DNA of 64,000 nt from Candidatus Marinacidobacterium sp. (GTDB taxonomy: Bacteria > Acidobacteriota > Vicinamibacteria > Marinacidobacterales > Marinacidobacteraceae). Below are positions 18,001 to 26,507 of this stretch, piece after piece (the first letter of the stretch is position 1; every line of letters starts with the position of its first letter). The translations under genes were made by a program, and so were the position numbers. Under the pieces are notes generated by a model. It searched no databases. It saw nothing but the letters and a program-made list of their open reading frames with translations, and was not told where the DNA came from. The stretch lies in the NCBI GenBank assembly GCA_965204755.1, contig OZ242011.1:3424001-3488000 (forward strand). Reading direction: 5' to 3'.

Positions 18001-19477
18001 GAGTGGAAGGAGCGAGGAAATATCGGGCGTGCGTATCGCGGAGGCGGCGATCGCGGTCTTCCAGACGGACACACTCCACGAATATCGCCGCTCGCTCGCG
18101 AAGTTCGCTCCGCCGCGGAAGTGGGCCGGATCGACCAAAGCGGTGGAATTCGTGGAATCGCTCGGCTTCCCTCCCGACTGGGCGGGTGAACCGGGCGGGA
18201 AGCGGGAGCCGTATATCGAAGTCGAGGGGCGCTTTCGTTTGGAGCCTCTGCACGATTACCAGCAGCAGATCGTGGCGGCGGTCCGTGCGATGTCGAACTC
18301 CACCAGCGAGGGGCCGACCGAGCGTCGGGGCATGCTCAGTCTTCCGACCGGGGCAGGGAAGACGCGGATCGCGGTGCAATCTCTCGTCGAGGCGCTGGTC
18401 GACGGGCAACTGTGCGGGCCGATTCTGTGGGTCGCCGATCGCGACGAACTCTGTGAACAGGCGGTCGAATCTTGGCGTCAGATCTGGTCGGCCAAGGGCA
18501 AGCCGGGAACCGTGCTCCGCGTCTCAAGACTCTGGGGAGGGCAGCGGGCGCCGGGTACCGCGCGCGATCTGCATGTGGTTGTCGCGACGATCCAGACGCT
18601 CCGGAGCCGCCTGTCTCGGCAGACGCTTCGGCCCGATTTCCAACTCGTCGTAGTCGATGAGGCCCACCGAACACTGGCGCAGAGTTTCACTCTGGTGTTG
18701 GCGGCGCTCGGACTCAAGCACCGCCGGAAGCCCGACGAGCCGTTCCTGCTCGGTTTGACGGCCACACCGTATCGCGGGTACGACGAAGACGAAACGAAGC
18801 GGCTCGTGAACCGCTACGGGAAAAACCGCCTGGATAGGGGAGTGTTCGGCGCCGCCGATTCGCAGGGAGTCGTTGTCGCGCTTCAGCAGCAGCGGATCCT
18901 CGCGCTCGCGGACCAGATGACCATCGAGGGAACGCGGCTCGAGATGACTGCGGAAGAGCGGCGGAAGATGGACCGGGCGCCGCACTGGCTCCCGGAGCAG
19001 GTCGAACGGCGAATCGGACAGGACCTGGAGCGGACGGAGCGGATCGTGGACGCGTTCGTGAGCCGTCGGAAGGCGGCTGGCCCGACCCTCATCTTCGCCA
19101 CTTCGGTGGAACACGCGCACACGGTGTCGGCGCTCCTGAACTTGCGGCGCGTCCGGTCCCGCGCCGTCAGCGGGAACACGAACCGGGGCACGCGGCGGCG
19201 GATCGTCGAAGAGTTTCGAGCGGAAGAGATCGAGGTTCTCGTGAACTACGGCGTCTTCCGTGAGGGGTTCGATGCGCCGAAGACTCGGACGATCATCGTG
19301 GCGCGGCCGGTGTACAGCCCGAACCTCTACTTCCAGATGATCGGGCGCGGGCTGCGCGGCGAGAAGAACGGCGGGAATGAGCGATGCCTGATCCTCAATG
19401 TCGCGGACAACATCGTGAACTTCAGGCGGAAACTCGCGTTCTCCGAGTTGGACTGGCTGTGGGCGGCCGGCGCGTAA
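15008..19477 (+). CDS. Large fusion protein: N-terminal sacsin-like GHKL ATPase plus C-terminal SF2 (ResIII/DEAH-type) helicase
   Basis: ELIQNSADA, ADNG, IGRFGLGFK at the N-terminus; LHDYQ, LPTGAGKT, VVDEAH, GLTATP, IFATSVEHA, EGFDAP, QMIGRGLR at the C-terminus. The track starts at GTG 14885; ATG 15008 is preferred because of the -10 box upstream. Confidence 0.85.
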   Translation: MSSAGGRRSRAAVASSWAGTTGSLGEYIKSESRRTLSAYRKQPTLVAEHANLEIGTAGGGYADRQLVELIQNSADALAGPAVGERGRISIRLTDDCLYCADNGDEMDEDGARALMFSHLSPKRRESEIGRFGLGFKAVLGVSDAPEFYSRSGSFRFDRGKTADRIRKIVPDHETYPALRLATPIDPRVAARGNRILAEEMVWARNIVRLPLLAGARSRLEEQMRSFPTPFLLFVEHVRSLSLSGHREDEVTCEVVERRADGECVLRVDDEEQKWIVFRRRHRLSEEAIAEWALIRDRAVVPLSWAFPQDARQRDEHRHFWAYFRTGTESLVPGILNAPWKTNEDRQNLLPGAFNRDLLQASADLIVRELGSLRTADDPARHLDALPRRQESGDSEQSKELRVSLISQLRHDAVVPDQTGTLRPIERLQYPPKDAPLAALERWAECETRPADWLHVRAASRDRIATIGRLWRYHRANPEARVGDLSSSVRGPSGASDADLPRESAEDWLEALFSPGLDEEQAARASRVAVQTAALLPAGRHDGARHDLGEIVLTAAGGRARLDPAAVFVPRRGTDDGTQVSAELLVHPRVAEDEKTRAALEKLGLGEPPAEAALRAAVREITEAPGDSAHRKFWSCVRESLAKDGPDAVAAILDENEFALRQVRIRTESGAWEPAHSVLLPGRIARAGVSDDSDVTVDIDYHRSELPFLTHFGVVEAPELRDLGLESLVNYRAECVERFRSDCKGEGGRVPMSNRLRFESTEGVGPLSVLSRLSHEGRALYTEAMLGLEATYAPWTMAHDAGGYPPRTFRSPSLREIERHGRLRARGGSVPFQDALGEPPKSEEALRFLLEHSQAARIRRVFRLANLTPEFFGEGEPEPLFDVWPGLQEHLPDAWKDSDLRPCERIVGLDDRPCATYRGDVYLVRTGDDSDDLKAVAEELNLDLRDDQVEDIANRTTPQEVAARRAAVRALPSEAERLLRAVGEAGLRARLPGSLVAHLSGRSEEISGVRIAEAAIAVFQTDTLHEYRRSLAKFAPPRKWAGSTKAVEFVESLGFPPDWAGEPGGKREPYIEVEGRFRLEPLHDYQQQIVAAVRAMSNSTSEGPTERRGMLSLPTGAGKTRIAVQSLVEALVDGQLCGPILWVADRDELCEQAVESWRQIWSAKGKPGTVLRVSRLWGGQRAPGTARDLHVVVATIQTLRSRLSRQTLRPDFQLVVVDEAHRTLAQSFTLVLAALGLKHRRKPDEPFLLGLTATPYRGYDEDETKRLVNRYGKNRLDRGVFGAADSQGVVVALQQQRILALADQMTIEGTRLEMTAEERRKMDRAPHWLPEQVERRIGQDLERTERIVDAFVSRRKAAGPTLIFATSVEHAHTVSALLNLRRVRSRAVSGNTNRGTRRRIVEEFRAEEIEVLVNYGVFREGFDAPKTRTIIVARPVYSPNLYFQMIGRGLRGEKNGGNERCLILNVADNIVNFRRKLAFSELDWLWAAGA

Positions 19478-19501
19478 CCTGACGAAGCGCTGCCGCCGTC
19501 G

Positions 19502-21856
19502 TCAGGGGATCGGGCGGCGGAGGCGTAGGGCGTTTCCGACGACGGAGAGGGACGAGAGCGCCATCGCGGCGGCGGCGACTTCCGGGGAGAGGAGCGCGCC
19601 GGTCGCGGGGTAGAAGACGCCGGCCGCGAGGGGGATGGCGGCGGTGTTGTAGGCGAAGGCCCAGAACAGGTTCTGGCGGATGACGCGGACGCCCTTCCGC
19701 GACAGGCGGACGGCCGCGCTCACCAGGCGGAGGTCGGGGCGGAGGAGGCTCACCGGGGCGGCTTCGCGGGCGACTTCCGCGCCTCCGGCGAAGGCGATCC
19801 CGACTTCGGCGCGGGCAAGGGCGGGGGCGTCGTTGATGCCGTCGCCGACCATGGCGACCGCGCCGTGTTGCGCCCGCAGGCGGTCGAGCGCGGTGAGTTT
19901 GTCCTCCGGGAGGAGGCCGCCCTCGGTTTCGGCGATGCCCGCCGAGCGCCCCGCCGCGGCGACAGCCTCCGGGGAGTCGCCGGAGAGGAGCGACACCGCC
20001 AGTCCGTCGGCGGCGAGGCGGCGGACGGCGTCCGTTGCCTCCGCGCGCAGGTCGTCCCGGAACCCCACGGCGCCGAGGAGTTCTGCCTCGCCGGATTCCG
20101 GGAGCCGGACGACGAGGAGCCGCCCCGAAGACGCCGCGCCCGCGCCGGCGCCCCCTGAATCCGCCGGCGCCGGGAGGGCGCCGTGTTCGCGGGCCAGCCG
20201 GTCGCTCCCGACCAGGACGCGTTCGCCGGTTTCGAGCGACGCCGAGATTCCCCGGCCCGGAAGCGCCTCGAACCGGGCGAGCGGGGTCATCGCGGTCCCC
20301 TCCGCCGCGGCGAAGGCGAGCACCGCGCGGCCCAGCGGGTGCTCCGAGCCCTGTTCGGCGGAGGCGAGCAGGCGCAGGAAATCGCCCCGCGGGACGCCTT
20401 CCGCCGGCTCGACCCGGGCGACCACCGGTTCGCCGGTGGTGAGGGTGCCGGTCTTGTCGAGCGCCACCGCCCGCACCGCCGAGAGCGCCTCCAGCGCGGC
20501 GCCGTTCCGGAACAGGATGCCCCGGCGGGCGCTCTGGCCGGTGGCGACCAGGACGGCGATCGGCGCGGCGAGGCCGATGGCGCAGGGGCAGGCGACCACC
20601 AGCACCGCCACGCCGCGGGCGATGGCGAAGGCGGCGCCCGAGCCGGACAGCAGCCAGGCGGCGACGCAGACGGCGGCGATCCCCATCACCACCGGCACGA
20701 ACACGCCGGCCACCCGGTCGGCGGCGCGCTGGATCGGGATCTTCTCCGCCTGCGCCCGGCGGACGGCGGCGGCGATGCGCGACAGCGTGCTCTCCCCGGA
20801 GGGGCGGGTGACCGTGAGGTCGAAGAAGCCGCTCAGGTTCATCGCGCCGGCGCGCACCGGGTCGGGGGCCGCGCGCTCCACCGGGACGCTCTCACCGGTG
20901 AGCGCGGACTCGTCGAGGCTCGCGCCGCCGGAGACGATTTCGCCGTCGAGGGGCACCCGCTCCCCCGGCCGCACCCGGAGGCGGGCGCCGACCGCGACGC
21001 GCTCCACCGGGACCTCGGTCTCCTCGTCCTCCGCGACGATCCGCGCCGTTCGCGGCGTGAGCGCGAGCAGGCCGGAGAGCGCTTCGGAGGCGCGGCCCCG
21101 CGCCCGGGTCTCGAAGTACCGCCCCAAGGTGACGAACGCGATCACCAGCGCCGCGGTGTCGAAGAAGAGCGGGGCGCCGGGGCGGAACAGGGCGGCGGCC
21201 GAGGCGGCGTAGGCGGTGCCCGTTCCGAGCCCGATCAGGCTGTCCATCCCGAAGACGCGGCGCCGGAGCGCGAGGCCGAGCGCGGAGAGGAAGGGGCGGC
21301 CGAAGAACCAGGCCACCGGCGTCGCGAGGGCGAACTGGCCGAGGCGCCCGGCCGGGGTCTCGCCGAACGGGCTCATACGGACCGCCATGGCGAGCCCGGC
21401 GAGCGCGAGCGCGGCGGCCACCGGTCGGAACCGGCTCACCGCCGCGTCGAACGCGTCCTCTCCGGCCGCCGGGGCGGCGTCTTCTCCGGGGGCCTCGACA
21501 CCGGCTTCCCGGACTTCGGCGGGAGGGCCCCCCGCACCATCGGGTCGAGCGGCGTCCGCCGCCGGGGCGGCGTCCGCGAGCAGTCGGTACGGGCCGGCGT
21601 CCGCCACCGCCCGCGCGATCTCTTCCCGGATTTCCGCGCCGGGGGCCGCGGCCGACCCGCTCCCCCCGTTCCCCTCCGCCGGCGACAGCGTCACGGCGAG
21701 GTCCCCGGTGACCAGGCTCACCGAGACCGCCTCCACTCCCGGCACCCGGAGCACCGCCTTCTCGATCCCGGTGACGCAGCCGGCGCAGTGCATCCCCTCC
21801 ACCCGGGCTTCCAGCCGCGCGCCGGCCGACGGCGCCGGCGAGGTCCCCGGGTTCAC
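19502..21856 (-). CDS. copA: Heavy-metal (Cu+-type) P1B ATPase
   Basis: GMHCAGC metal-binding domain, TGES, CPC, DKTGT, SEHP, GDGIND, YN and MALSS motifs of P1B-1 pumps; GTG start at 21856. Confidence 0.9.
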   Translation of the reverse strand: MNPGTSPAPSAGARLEARVEGMHCAGCVTGIEKAVLRVPGVEAVSVSLVTGDLAVTLSPAEGNGGSGSAAAPGAEIREEIARAVADAGPYRLLADAAPAADAARPDGAGGPPAEVREAGVEAPGEDAAPAAGEDAFDAAVSRFRPVAAALALAGLAMAVRMSPFGETPAGRLGQFALATPVAWFFGRPFLSALGLALRRRVFGMDSLIGLGTGTAYAASAAALFRPGAPLFFDTAALVIAFVTLGRYFETRARGRASEALSGLLALTPRTARIVAEDEETEVPVERVAVGARLRVRPGERVPLDGEIVSGGASLDESALTGESVPVERAAPDPVRAGAMNLSGFFDLTVTRPSGESTLSRIAAAVRRAQAEKIPIQRAADRVAGVFVPVVMGIAAVCVAAWLLSGSGAAFAIARGVAVLVVACPCAIGLAAPIAVLVATGQSARRGILFRNGAALEALSAVRAVALDKTGTLTTGEPVVARVEPAEGVPRGDFLRLLASAEQGSEHPLGRAVLAFAAAEGTAMTPLARFEALPGRGISASLETGERVLVGSDRLAREHGALPAPADSGGAGAGAASSGRLLVVRLPESGEAELLGAVGFRDDLRAEATDAVRRLAADGLAVSLLSGDSPEAVAAAGRSAGIAETEGGLLPEDKLTALDRLRAQHGAVAMVGDGINDAPALARAEVGIAFAGGAEVAREAAPVSLLRPDLRLVSAAVRLSRKGVRVIRQNLFWAFAYNTAAIPLAAGVFYPATGALLSPEVAAAAMALSSLSVVGNALRLRRPIP

Positions 21857-23724
21857 AGGACTCCGTGGAGGGGGCCGCCGGGCGCCGCGAGCGAGTCCAC
21901 CCGGCGGGTGACCGCGGGATCCTCGACCAACGGAGGCGCGTGGTGCGGTTTCAGCCGGGCGTCGAGGACCAGCGGCTCCGCGCAACTCCAGTGCTTGTGG
22001 CGGGTCGCGGCGCGCCGGCCGTGGACATCGTGCGACGGGTTGGACCGGGTGAACGCCACCCACAGGAAGTTGCGGAGACTCTCGGCGGCGAAGGCCGGAT
22101 CGTCGCAGAGGACCAGCAGCGGAACCGAGGAGACCGGGACCCCGGCCTTTTCGGCGGCGTCGAGTCCGGCGAAGAGCGGCGCGAGACCGGCGGAGGCCTG
22201 CTCGGACGAAGTGAACGGCGGCCCGCCGACGACCGCCATGCCGGGGAGGACGAGGCGGAGGCCGGGGAACGCCGCCGGGAGCGCCTCGCCGAACCCCGCG
22301 GGGACTTCCGTCGCCAACTCCCGGCGGGGAGCGCCGGCCCCGGCGACGACCAACTTCGACCCCGCGTTCAGCCCCTCCCCGGAGTAGTCGAGCGTGTCGA
22401 TCGTCGTGCGGGTCTGGAAATGGAGGTCGGTCGCGAAGTCCGTCCGGCCCAGGACATGGGCCAGCAGAGCCGGGACATCGGCGGCGGCCAGGGACGGGTC
22501 GTCTTCCCGCGCCGCGAGGAACAGGTACTTCGCCAGCGAGCACTGCCCGAACCCGAGGATCGCGTTGGCCATCGTCCACAGTTCCTGCGGGCGCCGCCCG
22601 GTGAACGGCGAGTACCGCTCGCTCCCGACCGCGAGCAGCAGCGGGTGCACCCCGGCGGCGTCCACGGCGTGCACCGAATGGACGCCGGGGAGCGAAGTGG
22701 GAACCATCGGTTCCGTGATCTCGTGGATCAGCCGGCCGAAGGCGGTGTCTTCCTGCGGCGGGCGGCCCACCACGGTCAGCGGCCAGACCGCGCCCTCGCG
22801 GTGCGTCACCCGCGTCACCCGGAGCACCGGGAACGGGTGCTTGAGGCTGTAGTAGCCGAGGTGGTCGCCGAAGGGGCCTTCCGGCAGCGTCCGACCGGGG
22901 TCCACGAAGCCGGTGATCGTGAAGTCGGCGTCGGCGGAGACGACGAAGCCGTCCGGGCGGCGCAGCCAGCGGAACCGCCGCCCGGCGAGCATCCCCGCGA
23001 AGAGGAGTTCGCTCAGCCCTTCCGGCAGCGGCATGACCGCGGCCAGCGCGTGGGCCGGGGGGCCGCCCACGAAAACGCTCACCGGGAGCGGTTCGCCCCG
23101 GCGCTCGGCCTCGGTGTGGTGGATGCCGATGCCGCGGTGGATCTGGTAGTGCATCCCGGCTTCGTCCGGGCCGTACTCGTTCCCGTCGAGTTGGATGCGG
23201 TACATGCCCAGGTTCGAGGCGAGCGGAGAGCCGGAGCGGCGGGCGCCGGGCGTCTCGGTGAAGACCTGGGGCAGGGTGATGAACGCGCCGCCGTCGTCCG
23301 GCCAGGAAGTGATCCGGGGCAGTCGCGAGAGGGGGATCTCCCGCTGCCCGCTCGCCGCCGCGCGGACGCGGAGGGGCAGGGAGTGCGCGGCGGCCCCGGC
23401 GGCGCGCAGCAGCGTCCCGGGCGAGCGGCGGAGGTCGGCGAGCGCGCGCGCCGGGTTCGCCCGGTAGCGGACGGCGGCCTTCGCGGCTTCGAGTCCGTCG
23501 CGCAGGAGGAACCGCGCCCGCTCCATCGTCCCGAACAGGTTCGAGACGCAGGGGAACGGGGCCCCGGTGACGCGCTCGAAGAGGATCGCGGGCCCCTCGG
23601 CGGCGTAGGCCCGTCGCTGGACCTCGGCGACTTCGAGGTGGCCGTCCACCGGTTCCGATATCCGGACGAGCATCCGGTGGCGCTCGAGGTCCGCGAGCGC
23701 GTCGGCGAGGGAGCGGTAGGGCAT
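21853..23724 (-). CDS. UbiD-family (prFMN-dependent) decarboxylase
   Basis: SNLFGT, NLGMYR, EGPFGDHLGYY, VGRPPQED motifs; start reassigned to ATG 23724 (MPYRSL). Confidence 0.92.
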   Translation of the reverse strand: MPYRSLADALADLERHRMLVRISEPVDGHLEVAEVQRRAYAAEGPAILFERVTGAPFPCVSNLFGTMERARFLLRDGLEAAKAAVRYRANPARALADLRRSPGTLLRAAGAAAHSLPLRVRAAASGQREIPLSRLPRITSWPDDGGAFITLPQVFTETPGARRSGSPLASNLGMYRIQLDGNEYGPDEAGMHYQIHRGIGIHHTEAERRGEPLPVSVFVGGPPAHALAAVMPLPEGLSELLFAGMLAGRRFRWLRRPDGFVVSADADFTITGFVDPGRTLPEGPFGDHLGYYSLKHPFPVLRVTRVTHREGAVWPLTVVGRPPQEDTAFGRLIHEITEPMVPTSLPGVHSVHAVDAAGVHPLLLAVGSERYSPFTGRRPQELWTMANAILGFGQCSLAKYLFLAAREDDPSLAAADVPALLAHVLGRTDFATDLHFQTRTTIDTLDYSGEGLNAGSKLVVAGAGAPRRELATEVPAGFGEALPAAFPGLRLVLPGMAVVGGPPFTSSEQASAGLAPLFAGLDAAEKAGVPVSSVPLLVLCDDPAFAAESLRNFLWVAFTRSNPSHDVHGRRAATRHKHWSCAEPLVLDARLKPHHAPPLVEDPAVTRRVDSLAAPGGPLHGVL

Positions 23725-24009
23725 CGGGGGCGTCGATCGGGAGCGAAAAAGGGTAGCCGGCGATTCCGGCGCCGGCGGCGCCTTCGAATGTGTTTCGGGC
23801 GCCCACGGCGGTTCCCGCGGTCCCCGCGCCGGTCGCCCGACCCGGCTCATCCGCGCCTTCCTCGACGGCCCCTCAGCCGCGGCCCGCCGCCCTGTGCGGC
23901 GGGGCGATTCCGCGTGACGGGAATCAGCTCAATTGGGGTATCCGCTCGGTCGTCGAGGTCGGCGCCGGCTGTGGAGCGGAAGACCGGCGACTCCTGGCGG
24001 TCGCGGGGC

Positions 24010-25641
24010 CTACATCCCCCAGACGAGGATCGGGAGGCTCCCGGGCGCGTCGCCGCCGGGAGGGGAGGCCTCGGGGACGACTTCCCAAGGGAGTTCCGAG
24101 TCCGGAGCGGACGCCCGCCGCACGGCGAGCGCGCGGCGGAATATCTTTTCTTCCCAAGTTTTGCCCTCGTCCTGGTCCATCACGACCAAGTGACCCTCCT
24201 CCGCGCCGCAACGGTCCAGGTACGCCGCCGTCTGCGCCGCCCCTTCCCGGATCACGGTTTCCATGCCGTCCCGCTCCCGGCGAACCTTGCATTCCACCAC
24301 GAAGCGCTGCACGCCCTCGTCTCGCCGCCATTCGATCAGCAGGTCGGTCCGGCCCCGTCCCAGCCCGTACTCCCGGACGATTCGCCCGCCGGCATTGACC
24401 ACGCGCTGCAGGAACGCCTGCAGCAGCACCTGAAGCGCCGCCTCCCGAACGGTGAAGCCCTGCGACCACCACTCCGAGTGCTGACGGAAGAACCGCTGGA
24501 AAGCGGTCAGCAACTTCGCGACATCGAGACCGTCGTCACCCCGCCGGAAACTCGCGCCGTCGCCGGCGAAGCGATCCTCGTCGGCGGCGGACAGCAGGCG
24601 CGGAATCACTTCCCGATAGATGGGGTTCGCGATCTCCAGCGGCCCGCTCGCCTTGACAAGCCCCAAGTCCCTCACATACGCGGAGTCGTTCCCCTTGCTC
24701 GGAAGGAACTCCCCGCGGCCGGCGAGGATCGGCTCGATCACCCGCCGCACCCGCTCTTCGTTCAACTTGTCACCGATCTGTCGGAAGTGGATCGGGCGCG
24801 CCAAGATCAGCCGCTCCCGCGCGGCTTCCACCGCCTCGGGGCCGATCTCCCGCGTCCGGTCGCGTCCGGCCTCGTCCTCGAAACACGCATCGTCGGCCAA
24901 CGCGTTCACCAACCACGGTTGTCCGGCAGTCGCCTCCCAGATCTCCTCCACCGCCTCCGGGGCGAACCGCTGACCGGTCTCCTCCGAGTGCTGGCCCAAC
25001 AGTTCCTCCACTTCCTCGCGAGAAAAGTCTCCCAGTCGCAGGGACTTCTTCACGATGTTGAACGGGCTCCCCGACTCAAGGGGGTAGTCCTGCACATCGC
25101 GGAGCCCGCAGAACACGATGCTCCGGGGAAAGTGCTTCGGGTGGTCCCCATGGCCCGAGCGCACTTGGCTCAACAGCGAAACGAGCACTCCGCCGTCCAA
25201 CCCGTCCGCCTCGTCCAGCAGCAGCACCAGGCGCTCGTCTCCGGACTGCTCGGACCAGTGCGTGAGCGCCTCCTGGAATCCGCCGACAGGGCCGATGTCG
25301 GCCAGTATTCGCGGCCATATCTCCCGCAGGGACTCGTCGCCGAGCGCCTTCACGGCGCCGGATGCAATCGCGACCAAGACGGCGCGAACGGCGGAGTCCA
25401 GGTCGCGAAGTCCCTTCGCGGCTTCGCAACTCGCATAGACGCAGCGCCAGCCCTGTTCGTTCAGGCGGTCGCGCAACGCCTTCAGAACCGAGGTCTTCCC
25501 GGTCTGGCGGGGAGCGTGGAGGACGAAGTACTCCTCGATCTCCACCAATTCCTCGATCCGGGCCAAGGGCACGCGGCTCAGAGGCGGGATCGTGTAGTGC
25601 TTCGACGGATCCACCGGGCCGGTGACCTTGAAGCGGCGCAC
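24010..25641 (-). CDS. AAA-type ATP-binding protein with C-terminal PD-(D/E)XK nuclease-like domain
   Basis: Walker A HAPRQTGKTS, Walker B LLLDEAD, SPFNI, GQPWLVN, then REYGLGRGRTDLLI...VVECK. Confidence 0.82.
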   Translation of the reverse strand: MRRFKVTGPVDPSKHYTIPPLSRVPLARIEELVEIEEYFVLHAPRQTGKTSVLKALRDRLNEQGWRCVYASCEAAKGLRDLDSAVRAVLVAIASGAVKALGDESLREIWPRILADIGPVGGFQEALTHWSEQSGDERLVLLLDEADGLDGGVLVSLLSQVRSGHGDHPKHFPRSIVFCGLRDVQDYPLESGSPFNIVKKSLRLGDFSREEVEELLGQHSEETGQRFAPEAVEEIWEATAGQPWLVNALADDACFEDEAGRDRTREIGPEAVEAARERLILARPIHFRQIGDKLNEERVRRVIEPILAGRGEFLPSKGNDSAYVRDLGLVKASGPLEIANPIYREVIPRLLSAADEDRFAGDGASFRRGDDGLDVAKLLTAFQRFFRQHSEWWSQGFTVREAALQVLLQAFLQRVVNAGGRIVREYGLGRGRTDLLIEWRRDEGVQRFVVECKVRRERDGMETVIREGAAQTAAYLDRCGAEEGHLVVMDQDEGKTWEEKIFRRALAVRRASAPDSELPWEVVPEASPPGGDAPGSLPILVWGM

Positions 25642-25756
25642 GCGGTCAGTATGGCAGTACGGGGTCGTCGGCCCGCGAGGCGCGCCGCCCTTGCGTCTCG
25701 ACCGGAATGCATGAGGTCCCCGGGCGATACTTCGCTGCGGACTTCGGGAGGATGCG

Positions 25757-26485
25757 ATGACTCACGGCGACGCGCGCGCCGTACGGATTCCGGACGGCGC
25801 CGACGGGTTTGTCACCGGGAGGCTCCACGAGCCGGCGGCGGGCGGCCCGGGGCGGGGGGCGCCGCTGCTCGCGGTCACGCACGGGGCCGGGGGGAACCTG
25901 GATACGCCGGGCCTCGCGCGGCTGGCCGAGGGGTTGGCCGGCCGGGGGGTCCGGGCGCTCCGGTTCAACCTGCCGGCGGCGGAGGCGGGGAAGAGGCGGC
26001 CCGACCGGCCGGAGCGCGCGCTGCGGGCGGTGGCGGCCGCGGCGGAATGGGCGGAGCGGGAGGCGGGGAGCGGGCCGGTGTTCCTCGGAGGCCGCTCGTT
26101 CGGCGGGCGGATGGCGTCGATGTTCCTCGCGGGTTCCGGGCGGAGGTTCGCCGGGGGGCTCCTGCTCGCTTACCCGCTCCGTCCGCCGGGTAAGCCGGTC
26201 GCGCCCCCGGAACGGGTGGCGCATCTCGCCCGGGTCGAGGTCCCGTTGCTCTTCGTGAGCGGCGACCGGGATCCGTTCGCGCCGCCGGCGCTCTTCGAGT
26301 CGGCGGTTTCCGGCGCCGCGGGAGGGCGCGCTTCGCTGCGGTGGATCGTCGGCGCCGACCACGGGTTCCGGGTCCCGAAGGCGCGGCTCGCCACGACCGG
26401 GCGCGACGCCGCCGCGGTGGACGGGGAGGTCGCGGACGCCGCCGCCGAGTTCCTGCTCGGCGGCGCGGCGTCCGCCGGCGGGTAA
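25757..26485 (+). CDS. Alpha/beta hydrolase family protein
   Basis: HGAGG, nucleophile elbow GGRSFGG, GDRDPF, GADH. Confidence 0.88.
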   Translation: MTHGDARAVRIPDGADGFVTGRLHEPAAGGPGRGAPLLAVTHGAGGNLDTPGLARLAEGLAGRGVRALRFNLPAAEAGKRRPDRPERALRAVAAAAEWAEREAGSGPVFLGGRSFGGRMASMFLAGSGRRFAGGLLLAYPLRPPGKPVAPPERVAHLARVEVPLLFVSGDRDPFAPPALFESAVSGAAGGRASLRWIVGADHGFRVPKARLATTGRDAAAVDGEVADAAAEFLLGGAASAGG

Positions 26486-26507
26486 TCGGGAGCGCGGGGC
26501 GCCGGGG

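Noticed and set aside
8879-19477. OLD-like nuclease plus helicase as a Gabija system
   Set aside because: The two genes are separated by four housekeeping genes and the helicase is SF2 with a GHKL domain, not the UvrD-like SF1 GajB.
2550-23806. Apparent giant fusions in the track (2550..6194 ending in manB, 7250..10468 ending in rpe, 13214..15715 ending in fmt, 19502..23806 ending in copA)
   Set aside because: Only the C-terminal part has family motifs and each has an internal GTG start overlapping the upstream gene's end; the N-terminal parts are stop-free read-through of other genes' frames.
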